NCBI GenBank assembly: GCA_052386675.1 | Contig: JBQTJX010000019.1 | Span: 81,498-145,497, forward strand | Reading direction: 5' to 3' | DNA: 64,000 nt | DNA from: Betaproteobacteria bacterium | Lineage (GTDB): Bacteria > Pseudomonadota > Gammaproteobacteria > Burkholderiales > SG8-39 | Part shown: positions 9,944 to 19,922 of the stretch, in pieces | How positions within the stretch are numbered: position 1 is the stretch's first letter | How the letters are laid out: every line of letters begins with the position of its first letter | Notes under the pieces: generated by a model | What the model was told of the DNA's origin: nothing | The model's input: only the letters and a program-made list of their open reading frames with translations | Database searches by the model: none | Program-made: the position numbers and the translations under genes

Positions 9944-11239
9944 ATGATGCAAGACACGAAGGACAAGCCCAGGCGGGCGGTCGCCGCCGCGGTGCAGCTG
10001 CCCGGTGTGAGCGACACCGAGTTCGAGGCTTCGTTGAGCGAACTGCAACAGCTCGCGAAGACGCTCGGCTTCGAGGTCGTCGCGACCTTCATCCAGAAGC
10101 GCGCCCGCTTCGACCAGACCGCCTATTTCGGCACTGGCAAGCGCGAGGAGCTGAAAGCGCTTGCCGAGGACGCGGACATCATCCTTGTCGACCACGAGAT
10201 CTCCCCGTCGCAGGCGCGCAACCTGGAGAAGGAAGTCGGCCGCGAGGTGATGGACCGCACCATGGTGATCCTGGAGATCTTCCACCGCCATGCGCGCTCG
10301 CGCGCGGCGCGCGCCCAGGTCGAGATCGCGCGCCTGGGCTACATGGCGCCGCGCATGCGCGAGGCCGCCAAGCTGGCCGGGCCGCAGGGACGGCAGCGCA
10401 GCGGCGTCGGCGGCCGCGGCGCCGGCGAATCGCACACGGAGCTCGACCGGCGCAAGATCCGCGACCGCATCGCCGAGCTGCAGGAGGAGATCGTCGCCAT
10501 GGACGCCGAGCGCCGGACGCGGCGCGCGCGGCGCCAGGCGAGCGAGGGGCTGGCGCGGGTGGCGCTGGTGGGCTACACCAACGCCGGCAAGTCGACGCTC
10601 ATGCGCGCGCTTACCGGTAGCGAGATCCTGGTCGCGGACAAGCTGTTCGCGACGCTGGACACCACGGTGCGCGCCCTGCATCCCGAAGGCAAGCCGCGGG
10701 TGCTGGTGAGCGACACCGTCGGCTTCATCAAGAACCTGCCGCACGAGCTGGTGGCCTCGTTCAAGTCCACGCTTGACGAAGCGCTGGAAGCCTCGCTGCT
10801 GCTGCATGTGGTGGACGCGAGCGATCCGGGCAGCGAACGCCAGCACATGGTGACGGAGAAGGTGCTGGACGAAATCGGCGCGCAGGACGTGCCGCGCATC
10901 CTCGTCTTCAACAAGATCGACCGCCTGGCGCCCGCCGCGGCGGCGGAGAAGGAAGCCGCGCTGCGCACGCTGCATCCGGGCTGCATCGTCATGAGCGCTC
11001 GTCGCGAAGACGATGTCGCCGGGCTGCGCGAGGCGATCCTCGCCTTCTTCCGCAAGGACCTGGTCGAGGCAGAGCTGTTCCTGCCGTGGACCGCGCAGCG
11101 CCTGCGCGGGGAGATTTTCGACAACTGCGAGGTGCTGGAGGAGCGGTCCGGGAACGACGGCGCGACCTTCCGCGTGCGCGGCGAGGCCGAAGCGCTGAAG
11201 CGCCTGAAGCGCGCGATTGGGTTGCCTACTGCTTCCTGA
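9944..11239 (+). CDS. hflX: GTPase HflX
   Basis: 431 aa with an HflX N-domain and G-domain motifs GYTNAGKST, DTVGF and NKID. Confidence 0.9.
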   Translation: MMQDTKDKPRRAVAAAVQLPGVSDTEFEASLSELQQLAKTLGFEVVATFIQKRARFDQTAYFGTGKREELKALAEDADIILVDHEISPSQARNLEKEVGREVMDRTMVILEIFHRHARSRAARAQVEIARLGYMAPRMREAAKLAGPQGRQRSGVGGRGAGESHTELDRRKIRDRIAELQEEIVAMDAERRTRRARRQASEGLARVALVGYTNAGKSTLMRALTGSEILVADKLFATLDTTVRALHPEGKPRVLVSDTVGFIKNLPHELVASFKSTLDEALEASLLLHVVDASDPGSERQHMVTEKVLDEIGAQDVPRILVFNKIDRLAPAAAAEKEAALRTLHPGCIVMSARREDDVAGLREAILAFFRKDLVEAELFLPWTAQRLRGEIFDNCEVLEERSGNDGATFRVRGEAEALKRLKRAIGLPTAS

Positions 11240-11819
11240 GCTTGCCCCAGAGCTGGTCCAGCCGCGCGTAGCGGCCGCAGCCGGAGACGTAGAACTGGTA
11301 GCGCACCGGGTTCTTCCTGAAATAGTCTTGGTGGTAGTCCTCGGCCGGCCAGAACTGCTGCGCCTTGACCACCGGGGTCACGATCTTCTCCTTGAACGGC
11401 TTGTCCTTCTCCCATTTCGCCTTCGAGGCCTCGGCGAACTTTCTCTGCTCCTCGGTATGCCAGTAGATCCCGGGCCGGTATTGCGAGCCGCCGTCGCAGA
11501 ACTGGCGCTCCAGGGTGGTCGGATCATGGTTGATCCAGAAGTGCTGCAGCAGTTTCTCGTAACTCACCTTGGCCGGGTCGTAGGTGACCTCGACCACCTC
11601 GGTATGGCCGGTCATGCCGGAGGAAACCTGTTCGTAGGTCGGGTTCTTCGTGCGGCCGTCCATGTAGCCGGAGACCGCGGCGGTGACGCCCGGCAGCTTT
11701 TCGAACGCTTCCTCGACGCACCAGAAGCAGCCGCCGGCGAAGGTGGCCTTGGCGAGTCCGGATTGGGCTTGCGCGACGGTGGGCAGCAGGAAGGCGAGGG
11801 CGAGGATGAGGTTGCGCAT
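11226..11819 (-). CDS. msrA: peptide-methionine (S)-S-oxide reductase MsrA with signal peptide
   Basis: Active-site block GGCFWCVEEAF and an N-terminal signal sequence. 14-nt convergent overlap with hflX. Confidence 0.9.
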   Translation of the reverse strand: MRNLILALAFLLPTVAQAQSGLAKATFAGGCFWCVEEAFEKLPGVTAAVSGYMDGRTKNPTYEQVSSGMTGHTEVVEVTYDPAKVSYEKLLQHFWINHDPTTLERQFCDGGSQYRPGIYWHTEEQRKFAEASKAKWEKDKPFKEKIVTPVVKAQQFWPAEDYHQDYFRKNPVRYQFYVSGCGRYARLDQLWGKLRKQ

Positions 11820-11868
11820 GGTGTTCTCCTTTGCCTGAGTCGCGCCGGGGCGCGGGGCCTTACAGGTC

Positions 11869-12516
11869 CTACATTTCCTGAAGGCGCGCCTTCTGGCGCC
11901 CGGCGGTGTCGAAGTTGGCCGGATCGAGCCAGCGCTCGAAGCGGCGCTTCAGGCCGGGCCACTCCGAATCGACCATGGCGAACCACGCGGTGTCGCGATT
12001 GGCGCCCTTGGTCCACATGTGCTGGCGGAACAGGCCCTCGTGGCTGAAGCCGAAGCGCAATGCCGCGGCCTTGGAAGGCGCGTTCAGGTTGTTGCACTTC
12101 CACTCGAAGCGGCGGTAGCCCAGATCCTCGAAGACGTGGCGCGCGGCAAGGTACAGCGCCTCGGTGGAGACGCGGCTGCGGGATATGGCCGGCCCCCAGA
12201 AGATATTGCCGATCTCGATCACGCCATGCTCCGGCGTGATGCGCATCAGCGCCTGGCGCCCCGCCACCTTGCCGGTGGCTTCGTCGACCACGGCGGAGAA
12301 CAGCGGGTCGTCCCTGGCCGCGGCAGCCTCGACCCAGCGGTGCATCGCCGCGGGATCCGCTGGCGGCACGTCGAACAGGTAGGCAAACAGCTGGTCCGCG
12401 CCCGCGCCGGAGGAGGCCAGGTAGAGGTCGGCCGCGTGGATGGTGGACAGCGGCTCGAGGCGCGCGTAGCGCCCCTCGAGCGTGACGCGCGGCGGCTTCG
12501 GGCGAGGTAGCTGCAA
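11869..12516 (-). CDS. GNAT family N-acetyltransferase (RimJ/RimL-like)
   Basis: 215 aa with an Acetyltransf_3-like core (RRFEWKCNNLNAPSKAAALRFGF). Only a TTG start is available. Confidence 0.8.
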   Translation of the reverse strand: MQLPRPKPPRVTLEGRYARLEPLSTIHAADLYLASSGAGADQLFAYLFDVPPADPAAMHRWVEAAAARDDPLFSAVVDEATGKVAGRQALMRITPEHGVIEIGNIFWGPAISRSRVSTEALYLAARHVFEDLGYRRFEWKCNNLNAPSKAAALRFGFSHEGLFRQHMWTKGANRDTAWFAMVDSEWPGLKRRFERWLDPANFDTAGRQKARLQEM

Positions 12517-12526
12517 GCGCGGGGGA

Positions 12527-13363
12527 CTACTCTACTTTCGCCTTGCCCCGCATGTCGCGCACCAGGGCGTCGATCTTCTGCTGCGTCAGGCGCTGCTGGA
12601 TCTGCGGCTTCACCTGCGCCACCGGCGGGAAGTTCACCGGGCGCACGTCCTCCAGGCGGATGATGTGGTAGCCGAAGCGGGTGCGCACCGGCGCGTTGGT
12701 CATGGTGCCCTTCTCCAGCTTCACCATGGCGTCGGAAAAGGCCTTGTCGAAGGTGCCCGGGACGTTCCAGTCCAGGTCGCCGCCGCGCGGCCGGGTGCCG
12801 TCGTCCTTGGAGCTCTTCTGCGCGATGTCCTCGAACTTCGCGCCCTTGGTGATCTCGGCGATGAGTTTCTTCGCCTCGTCCTCGGTGCCGACCAGGATAT
12901 GGCGCGCGCGGTACTCAGTGGTGCCGGTCTGGGCCCTCGCGCGGTCGTATTCCTTCTGGACCTCGGCGTCGCTGACCGGATTCTTCTGCGCCCAGTCGCG
13001 CAGGTAGGCCTGCACGATCACGGTCTGGCGCACGAAGTCGAGCTCCTGCTGCAGTTCGGGCTTCTTGGTGAAGCCGCTGCGGGTCGCTTCCTGCTGGATG
13101 ATCTCGCGGTTGATCAGCTCTTCCTTGATCGCCGAGCGCAGTTGCTCGTTGTCGGACACGCCCTGCTGCAGGCGCTGCTGGGCGATCATGTCCGCGCGCT
13201 GGCGCGGGATCTGCACGCCGTTCACCGTGGCCACCGGGCCGGTCGAGGATGCCGCGGCCGCGGCGGGCTTGGCGGGGGCGGGCTTGGCCGGCGACTGGGC
13301 GGCGGCGTACGGCGCGTGGGCCAGGGCCGCGGCCAGGATCGCGCCGAAATACACCTTCTGCAT
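12527..13363 (-). CDS. peptidyl-prolyl cis-trans isomerase, parvulin/PpiC type, secreted
   Basis: Signal peptide, then a rotamase block (ARHILV...GGDLDWN...FGYHIIRL). SD AAGGAAA precedes ATG 13363. Confidence 0.85.
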   Translation of the reverse strand: MQKVYFGAILAAALAHAPYAAAQSPAKPAPAKPAAAAASSTGPVATVNGVQIPRQRADMIAQQRLQQGVSDNEQLRSAIKEELINREIIQQEATRSGFTKKPELQQELDFVRQTVIVQAYLRDWAQKNPVSDAEVQKEYDRARAQTGTTEYRARHILVGTEDEAKKLIAEITKGAKFEDIAQKSSKDDGTRPRGGDLDWNVPGTFDKAFSDAMVKLEKGTMTNAPVRTRFGYHIIRLEDVRPVNFPPVAQVKPQIQQRLTQQKIDALVRDMRGKAKVE

Positions 13364-13389
13364 GGTTTTCCTTTCGAAAGAGGGCGACA

Positions 13390-13662
13390 TTATGCGTCAA
13401 CTTCCGCGGGGGCCCGCGCGCTGATGGCGAGCGCATGGATCGGGTGCTGCATCAGGTCTCCGAGCGCCTGGTACACCATGCGATGGCGGGCCACCGTCGG
13501 CCGGCCCGAAAACGCGGGCGAGACGATGGTCAGTTTCCAGTGCGTGCTGCCCCCGGGTGCGGCCCCGGCATGGCCGGCGTGCCGGGCGCTTTCGTCCTCG
13601 AGGTCCAGCCGGGTAGGCGCCAGCGGCTGCAATCGGCGGACGATCTCGTCGGCGACGCTCAC
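13390..13662 (-). CDS. BolA family protein
   Basis: 90 aa with LEDESARHAGHAG...THWKLTIVSPAFSG...RHRMVY. The GTG start overlaps the yciB stop (GTGA). Confidence 0.85.
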   Translation of the reverse strand: MSVADEIVRRLQPLAPTRLDLEDESARHAGHAGAAPGGSTHWKLTIVSPAFSGRPTVARHRMVYQALGDLMQHPIHALAISARAPAEVDA

Positions 13663-14195
13663 GGCTTGCCCTCGTCCATGTGGCGAGCGAGGAAAAACGC
13701 CTGCGCGACCACGAACAGCAGCATCAGCCCGAGGCCGCCGAACAGCTTGAACTTCACCCAGTCCGCCTCCGAGAAGTTGTAGGCCACCGCGAGGTTGACC
13801 ACGCCCATCACCGCGAAGAACGCCACCCAGCTCCAGTTGAGCCGCGACCAGATCGCGTCCGGCAGGCTCACTTCCTTGGACATCATGGCGCGGATCAGGT
13901 TCTTGCCGAAGGCGGTGGCCGAGACCCCCAGCACCACGGCGAACAGCCAGTACAGCACCGTCGGCTTCCACATGATGAACATGCGGTCCTTGAGCACCAG
14001 CGTCAGGCCGCCGAAGACGACGATGATGGCGAGGCTCGCCCACAGCATCGGCTCGACGCGCCTGCCGCGCAGCTTGAGCCAGGCCACCTGGCCCAGCGTG
14101 GCCGCGATCGCGGCCGCGGTGGCGACGTAGATGTCGCTGAACCAGTAGACCGCGAAGAAGCAGACCACCGGGAACATGTCGAACAGGAGTTTCAT
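13659..14195 (-). CDS. yciB: intracellular septation protein A (YciB/IspZ)
   Basis: 178 aa, 5 TM segments, N-terminus MKLLFDMFPVVCFFAVYW typical of YciB. Confidence 0.85.
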   Translation of the reverse strand: MKLLFDMFPVVCFFAVYWFSDIYVATAAAIAATLGQVAWLKLRGRRVEPMLWASLAIIVVFGGLTLVLKDRMFIMWKPTVLYWLFAVVLGVSATAFGKNLIRAMMSKEVSLPDAIWSRLNWSWVAFFAVMGVVNLAVAYNFSEADWVKFKLFGGLGLMLLFVVAQAFFLARHMDEGKP

Positions 14196-14647
14196 GGCGC
14201 GAGCAGCCTTCTCTTGCGATGCCAGTCCGCGATTGCTTCGCGCGGGTACGCGCGAAAGCGCTTCTCGCCGGGTCCGGAGGGCACGCGCACCCAGGGCGCC
14301 TTCGAGTCGAGCAGGATGTGCTGCCGCTCGCGCGGCAGGGGCAGCGGGGTGTCGATCGCCGAGGCGAAGGGGTAGATCCAGGCCGCCCAGCGCTTGTCCC
14401 AGACCCAAAGCGCCGAGCCGCACTTGCGGCAGAAATGCCGCAAGCCCTGCTTCGGGCGATAGACGGCGACGTTTGCCTTGCCGGTGACCTTCAGGCTGTC
14501 GGCCTCGCCCATGACATTCACCGCGCTGCCCGAGCCGCCGGCGGTCTTGCGGCAGATGGAGCAGTAGCAGTGCATGTAGGGCACGGGGGTGTGGCTGCGC
14601 AGCGAAAAGCGCACCGCGCGGCAGTGGCAGGAGCCCTTGAGGAGCAT
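14192..14647 (-). CDS. GFA family (glutathione-dependent formaldehyde-activating/CENP-V-like) protein
   Basis: Cys pattern GSCHCRAVRF...CYCSICRK...CRKCGS. ATG at 14647, or TTG at 14665. ATGA overlap with the yciB start. Confidence 0.75.
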   Translation of the reverse strand: MLLKGSCHCRAVRFSLRSHTPVPYMHCYCSICRKTAGGSGSAVNVMGEADSLKVTGKANVAVYRPKQGLRHFCRKCGSALWVWDKRWAAWIYPFASAIDTPLPLPRERQHILLDSKAPWVRVPSGPGEKRFRAYPREAIADWHRKRRLLAP

Positions 14648-14700
14648 GGCGCTATTATTGCCCAAAGCCGCATTGTCGGTTCACGCCCCGGGAGGCAGGC

Positions 14701-15093
14701 ATGGCGCTGGTGAAGCTGGTCGAATACGCGGAGGCGACGCCAGAGGTCCGGGCGGTGTACGACGAGATCATGAAGGCCCGCGGGACGGACTGGATCAACA
14801 ATTTCTGGAAAGCGCTCGCCAACGACCCGGCGCTGCTGCGGCGGACCTGGGACGACGTGCGCCAGGTGATGGCGCCCGGCGCGCTCGATCCGCTGGTGAA
14901 GGAAATGGTCTATGTCGCGGTGAGCGCCACCAACGGCTGCGAGTACTGCACGCACTCGCACACCGCCGCGGCGCGCGCCAAGGGCATGAGCGAAGCGATG
15001 CTCATGGAACTCATGTCGGTGGCCGCGCTCGCCAACGCCACGAACCGCCTTGCCAATGGACTGCGGATCCCGGTTGACGAGCGCTTCAAGTAG
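14701..15093 (+). CDS. carboxymuconolactone decarboxylase (AhpD-like) family protein
   Basis: 130 aa with a CMD-family CxxC-type block (NGCEYCTHSH). Confidence 0.8.
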   Translation: MALVKLVEYAEATPEVRAVYDEIMKARGTDWINNFWKALANDPALLRRTWDDVRQVMAPGALDPLVKEMVYVAVSATNGCEYCTHSHTAAARAKGMSEAMLMELMSVAALANATNRLANGLRIPVDERFK

Positions 15094-15162
15094 GAGGCCG
15101 GCGGGGCACTTGCAGGCCGCGAACGGAGGTATCATCACCTGATGGCTCACGGGGGGACGGGC

Positions 15163-15888
15163 ATGCGCCTCTGGCAATGGGTTCGATGGGTGCTCGCGGT
15201 CTCCGTGCTCGTCGCGGCGCCGGCGCTCGCCCAGACCCAGGGCTCTTCGACGCCGCCCGAGCCGGCAAAGGAACCGGAAGGGCCGGGGCGGGTCATCCAG
15301 GGCATCGGCAACGCCATCCAGGGTGTTTTTCGCGCCATCTTCGGCGGCGGCGAACCCAACGACGCCACCGTGGGGACGCCGCCCGCGAAGCCGGCTGCCG
15401 AGTCGCAACCGGCACCCGAACCCCAATCCCAGTCGGAGGATCGCGCGCCGCGCACGGCCAAGGGCGAGGGCAGCGATCCGGTCGTGGCCACGCCATCCGC
15501 GCTCGCCCCGGCGCAGACGCTGCACGGCGCAATTGCCAAGGGCGAGGATGCCGCCGCGCTGAAGCTGCTGGATGGCGGCGCCGACGTCGAAGCCAAGGAC
15601 CCGGGCTCCGGCGCCTCGGCGCTGCATTACGCGGTGATGAAGGACAACCTCGCCCTGGTCGGCGTGCTGCTGAAGCGCGGCGCCGACGTCAACAGCCGGA
15701 CCCGGAGCGGGACCACGCCCCTGCACACCGCGGTGCTGTATGGTCGCCTGGAAGTCGCGCAGTTCCTGATCGAGAAGGGCGCCGAGATCAATGCCAGGAG
15801 CCCCAGCGGCGCGACGCCGCTGTCCATCGCCGAGGCGGCGAACCTGAAGCCGCTCTCGCGCATGCTGCGCCTGCACGGCGCGAACTAG
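15163..15888 (+). CDS. secreted ankyrin-repeat protein
   Basis: Signal peptide, Pro/Ala-rich linker, then about 3 ANK repeats (SALHYAVMKDNLALVGVLLKRGADVN, TPLHTAVLYGRLEVAQFLIEKGAEIN). An alternative ATG is at 15142. Confidence 0.8.
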   Translation: MRLWQWVRWVLAVSVLVAAPALAQTQGSSTPPEPAKEPEGPGRVIQGIGNAIQGVFRAIFGGGEPNDATVGTPPAKPAAESQPAPEPQSQSEDRAPRTAKGEGSDPVVATPSALAPAQTLHGAIAKGEDAAALKLLDGGADVEAKDPGSGASALHYAVMKDNLALVGVLLKRGADVNSRTRSGTTPLHTAVLYGRLEVAQFLIEKGAEINARSPSGATPLSIAEAANLKPLSRMLRLHGAN

Positions 15889-15899
15889 GAAGGTCCACG

Positions 15900-16217
15900 A
15901 TGCGGCGTACCGGAATGTTCCTGCTGGCGATGGCCTTTTGCGGCGCGGCGTGGTCGCAGAAGTGGGTCGACGAGAAGGGCAAGGTCTACTACGGCGAGAA
16001 ACCCCCTGGCGTGAAGGTGAAGCCTGCCGAGATGAAGGGCGGGGGCGGCGGCACCTATTCCACCGAGGACCTCACCAGGAAGCTGCAGCAGCGGGCCGAC
16101 CTGAAGTCCGCGCAAACACAGGAACAGAATACCGGTCCGCGCCACGTCGGCCAGGCCAGGGAGTACAAGCCTGACATGCCGCGCGGCGGCCCGCTGGACC
16201 GGAAATCCCTGCAATAG
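15900..16217 (+). CDS. DUF4124 domain-containing secreted protein
   Basis: Signal peptide followed by QKWVDEKGKVYYGEKPP, the DUF4124 signature. 105 aa. Confidence 0.6.
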   Translation: MRRTGMFLLAMAFCGAAWSQKWVDEKGKVYYGEKPPGVKVKPAEMKGGGGGTYSTEDLTRKLQQRADLKSAQTQEQNTGPRHVGQAREYKPDMPRGGPLDRKSLQ

Positions 16218-16224
16218 GCCAAGG

Positions 16225-16557
16225 CTAGCCGCCCGCCGGCAGTTCGATCACCTTCCCGCCCGCGCCGGGCACCAGGAAGCGCTTCCACAGCTTGTCTTCG
16301 GCGCGGATTTCGACCGGCCAGTGGCAGTGGCCGTCCACGCGCCGGGGTTCCTCCAGCAGCAGGATGTAGTGCACCGTGGTGCGGGTGCGCGACATCAGTT
16401 CGGACCAGGATTCCGTCTCCGGCAGGTACTTCACCCGCGCCACCAGGCGGCGCATGGGCGCCGAGCCTTCGTCGACCGGGAGTTCGCAGGCGGCCGCTGG
16501 CAGCGTGGCTGCGAGCAGGAGGGTCAGTCCTGCAGCGACGCGGCCGCGACGCGGCAT
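16225..16557 (-). CDS. hypothetical exported protein (possible lipoprotein)
   Basis: 110 aa with a signal peptide ending LPAAAC. Last gene of the boxR-C-B chain, overlapping the upstream ORF by 34 nt. No family recognised. Confidence 0.45.
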   Translation of the reverse strand: MPRRGRVAAGLTLLLAATLPAAACELPVDEGSAPMRRLVARVKYLPETESWSELMSRTRTTVHYILLLEEPRRVDGHCHWPVEIRAEDKLWKRFLVPGAGGKVIELPAGG

Positions 16558-16961
16558 GCCTCGATGCTCCGCAGGTGGGAATCGCGCATCCGGGTGAGCA
16601 GCGTCGCCGCTTCGGCGTCGGCGATGCGAGGCAGCACGGCGTTGAATTCGCGCACCGCCCACCCCAGGCCGCGCATCAGGAACTCGATGCGCGCACGGCG
16701 ACCGGCGACGGCGATGGCCTTGGCGTGGAACTCGCCCGTGGCATGGCTGTGCGGCACGCCGTCGCGGTCCAGCAGCCGGCCGAGGAGGGCGCAGTTGTGC
16801 GCTTCGTCGGCCTGCACCTTCCGCAGCGTGGTCCAGGCCGGGCCGTTGCGCTCGTGTTCGTCCATGAACGCGACCAGCGCCTTCGCTCCCGCGCGCTCGG
16901 TCTCGAGCATGCGATTGAGGAAGGCGGAGAGCTCCGCCTTACTGTAGGTGGACGTACTCAT
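16524..16961 (-). CDS. ferritin-like helical protein (DUF6306-like), function unknown
   Basis: 145 aa, all-helical, with LNRMLETERAGAKAL and a His/Glu-rich pattern. The start overlaps the boxB stop by 23 nt. Confidence 0.55.
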   Translation of the reverse strand: MSTSTYSKAELSAFLNRMLETERAGAKALVAFMDEHERNGPAWTTLRKVQADEAHNCALLGRLLDRDGVPHSHATGEFHAKAIAVAGRRARIEFLMRGLGWAVREFNAVLPRIADAEAATLLTRMRDSHLRSIEACRVAAASLQD

Positions 16962-18354
16962 GCTCCACGGGCAGGTTGTTGATGCCGCGATCCGGGGGCG
17001 CCACCCAGCCGGCCATCTTGCCCGGCTCTACCACGCGCTGCATCAGGCTGCGCACGAATGCGCGGTCGGCGTCCGACGGGATCCAGTCGTGCAGGCGCCG
17101 GTCGTATTCCTCGCGCGGGATGAGGCGGCCCTGGGGATCCACCGGATGACCCACCCAGGAGCCGATGGAACGGCGGAAGTGAGCTGAGGGCAGGTACAGG
17201 GCCAGCGCGCCATGTCCGGCGCGCTCGATGACGCGGTTCCAGCGCTTGAGGCCGATCTCGCAATCCTTCAGGTACGACTCGCGCATGACCTCATTCAGCG
17301 CGTTGAGCATGGGCACTTCCTGCTCGCCCTCGGGCGTGGCGAGCTTCAGCGTCGCGCTGCGCAGCACGTGGTCTTCGAACTGGCTCTCGTCCGGGCGGCC
17401 CTTGAGGCCGTTGGCGAAGTTGGCCGCGGAGTTCGAGGAAATCTCGTTGCCGAACAGGTCCAGCGACGAGGAGCACCAGAAGTTCAGGTACTTCTGCAGC
17501 AGCGGCAGGTCCACCGCGCCCGCCTTGCGGATCGCGGCCGGATCGTCCGTGCCCAGCGCTTTCATCACCTCCAGCGTGCGCTTCACCACGCGGCCGATGC
17601 CGGTCTCGCCTACGAACATGTGGTGCGCTTCCTCGGTGAGCATGAAGCGGCAGGTGCGCGACAGCGGGTCGAAGCCGGACTCGGCGAGGCTCTTCAGCTG
17701 GTACTTGCCGTCTCGGTCGGTGAAGTAGGTGAAGCAGTAGAACGACAGCCAGTCGGAAATCGGCTCGTTGAAGGTGGTGAGGATGCGCGGCTTGTCGGCA
17801 TCGCCCGAATGGCGCTGCAGCAGTTCCTCGGCCTCCTCGCGCCCGTCGCGGCCGAAGTAGGCGTGCAGCAGGTAGACCATGGCCCACAGGTGGCGGCCTT
17901 CCTCGACGTTGACCTGGAACAGGTTGCGCAGGTCGTACAGGGAAGGGCAGGTGTGGCCCAGCAGGCGCTGCTGCTCCACCGAGGCGGGCTCGGTGTCGCC
18001 CTGGGTGACGATGAGGCGGCGCAGGGTGGAGCGGTACTCGCCCGGCACCTGCTGCCAGGCGGGCTGGCCCATGGCATCGCCGAAGCCGATCCTGCGGTCG
18101 GCGACCGGGTCGGCGAGGAAGATGCCCCAGCGGTAGTCCGGCATCTTCACCGCGCCGTACTGCGCCCAGCCATCGGCGTCGACGGACACCGCGGTGCGCA
18201 GGTAGACGTCGGCGCCCTGGAAATCGGTCGGGCCCATGCCCTTCCACCAATCGATGAACTTCGGCTGCCAGTGCTCGAGCGCGCGTTGCAGCGTGCGGTC
18301 GGTGGCGAGGTGGACGTTGTTCGGGATCTTCTCGCTGTAGTTGATGCCGCTCAT
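16939..18354 (-). CDS. boxB: benzoyl-CoA 2,3-epoxidase, di-iron oxygenase subunit BoxB
   Basis: 471 aa, full-length BoxB-like (MSGINYSEKIPNNVHL...EEGRHLWAMVYLL...TEEAHHMFVGE). ATGA overlap with the boxC stop. Confidence 0.9.
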   Translation of the reverse strand: MSGINYSEKIPNNVHLATDRTLQRALEHWQPKFIDWWKGMGPTDFQGADVYLRTAVSVDADGWAQYGAVKMPDYRWGIFLADPVADRRIGFGDAMGQPAWQQVPGEYRSTLRRLIVTQGDTEPASVEQQRLLGHTCPSLYDLRNLFQVNVEEGRHLWAMVYLLHAYFGRDGREEAEELLQRHSGDADKPRILTTFNEPISDWLSFYCFTYFTDRDGKYQLKSLAESGFDPLSRTCRFMLTEEAHHMFVGETGIGRVVKRTLEVMKALGTDDPAAIRKAGAVDLPLLQKYLNFWCSSSLDLFGNEISSNSAANFANGLKGRPDESQFEDHVLRSATLKLATPEGEQEVPMLNALNEVMRESYLKDCEIGLKRWNRVIERAGHGALALYLPSAHFRRSIGSWVGHPVDPQGRLIPREEYDRRLHDWIPSDADRAFVRSLMQRVVEPGKMAGWVAPPDRGINNLPVEHEYVHLQ

Positions 18355-19922
18355 ACGCGCTCCCAGTTGAATTTCGCCTTCGAGCCGCTGCCGTAGACCT
18401 TCAGCGCGCCCTGCTCGCCGACCGCGTTGGGCCGGATGAAGATCCAGTTCTGCCACGCAGTGAGGCGCCCGAAGACGCGCGTGGCCATGTTCTCGCGGCC
18501 GGTGAAGCGCAGGCTCGCCTCCATGCCGGTGAGGGCGTCCGGCGAAAGGCTGGCGCGCTCCTCGCAGGCGATGCGCACCTCCTCCTCGAAGTCGAGGTCG
18601 TCGGGAGTGGAGGTGACGAGGCCGAGTTCCGAGGCCTGCTTCGCCGTGATGGGTGAGCCGACCGGAAGCTTGGGAAGGTCGCCGCAATAGTGCGCCGAGA
18701 TCCGGGTATCGCCGTTGACCATCGGGTAGGTGCCGAAGTTGAGGCTGGAGAAGGTAAGAGACGGACCGGGCTCCGCATCCAGCATGTAACTCCGGTCGGC
18801 GGCGAAAGCGAGCTCCGCGAGCGTTCCTGCGAAGCAGGATTCGACGTCGAAAATTGCAAACATCGATCGCGAGGAAACGTCCAATCTGGCAAGCGTGCGC
18901 CTCAGATACCCCACTGTTTCCCTGACCAGCCAGTGCGACGCGTTCTTCTCCAGCAGCGCATCCACCTTGAGCATCTCTTCTGCCTTGCCGCGCGTCTTCA
19001 GCAGCCACAGCCCGACCTCGAGGTGGTTGTGGCGCAAGTCGAGGATGGCGTCGTCCAGCTCGCGCGCGAGCTGCAGCGGGTACCAGCCGGCGCTCAGCTC
19101 GACTGCGTCGGGTGCCTTCGTCGGCGCATGCACCGTAATCTCAGCCGTGCGAGTCGCCGCATCGATCTTCACCTTCACGTACTCCCGCTTCAGTGGCGTC
19201 AGCGCCACCCCCGGGCCGCCGGGGCGGTCGGACTGCTTCGCCAGCTCCAGCGCGCGGCTCTTCACGAATTCGGCGAAGGCCTGCGGCTTGGCGACGTGGT
19301 CCACCAGCTTCCATTCCTTCGCCCGGTCGGCGCGCACGCCCTCGGCAGTGGTGCAGAACACGTCGGCGAGGTCGCGCCGCACCTTCCTCTTGTCCACCAG
19401 GCGGGTGAGGCCGCCGGTGCCCGGCAGCACGCCCAGCAGCGGCACCTCGGGCAGGCTGACGGTGGTGGAGCGGTCGTCCACGATCGCGATCTCGTCGCAG
19501 GCGAGCGCCATTTCATAGCCGCCGCCGGCGGTGGTGCCGTTCAGCGCAGCGAGGAACTTCAACCCGGAGTGGCGCGAGGAATCCTCGATGCCGTTGCGGG
19601 TCTCGTTGGTGAACTTGCAGAAGTTCACCTTCCACGCGTGCGTGGACAGGCCCAGCATGTAAATGTTGGCCCCGGAGCAGAACATGCGGCTCTTGCCGCT
19701 GGTGAGCACCACCGACTTCACCTCCGGGTGCTCGAAGCGGATGCGGTTGAGCGCATCGTGCAGCTCGATGTCCACGCCGAGGTCATAGGAGTTCAGCTTC
19801 AGCTTGTAGCCGGGGGCGAGGCCCTTGTCCTCGGCCACGTCCAGCGTCAGGGTGGCCACCGGCCCGTCGAAGGCGAGCTTCCAGTGGTGATAGTTCTCGG
19901 GCTTGGTCTCGAAGGCGATCAT
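18351..19922 (-). CDS. boxC: 2,3-epoxybenzoyl-CoA dihydrolase BoxC
   Basis: 523 aa crotonase-fold protein with a BoxC-like N-terminus (YHHWKLAFDGPVATLTLDV) and CSGANIYMLG. Confidence 0.9.
   Translation of the reverse strand: MIAFETKPENYHHWKLAFDGPVATLTLDVAEDKGLAPGYKLKLNSYDLGVDIELHDALNRIRFEHPEVKSVVLTSGKSRMFCSGANIYMLGLSTHAWKVNFCKFTNETRNGIEDSSRHSGLKFLAALNGTTAGGGYEMALACDEIAIVDDRSTTVSLPEVPLLGVLPGTGGLTRLVDKRKVRRDLADVFCTTAEGVRADRAKEWKLVDHVAKPQAFAEFVKSRALELAKQSDRPGGPGVALTPLKREYVKVKIDAATRTAEITVHAPTKAPDAVELSAGWYPLQLARELDDAILDLRHNHLEVGLWLLKTRGKAEEMLKVDALLEKNASHWLVRETVGYLRRTLARLDVSSRSMFAIFDVESCFAGTLAELAFAADRSYMLDAEPGPSLTFSSLNFGTYPMVNGDTRISAHYCGDLPKLPVGSPITAKQASELGLVTSTPDDLDFEEEVRIACEERASLSPDALTGMEASLRFTGRENMATRVFGRLTAWQNWIFIRPNAVGEQGALKVYGSGSKAKFNWERV

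Noticed and set aside
18355-19008. N-terminal extension of the boxB ORF. The analogous extensions are 57688-58980 (dehydrogenase frame), 58944-59699 (enolase frame) and 59930-60160 (kinase frame).
   Set aside because: The extensions are Arg-rich nonsense overlapping the upstream genes. The conserved proteins begin at internal starts that form ATGA-type overlaps.
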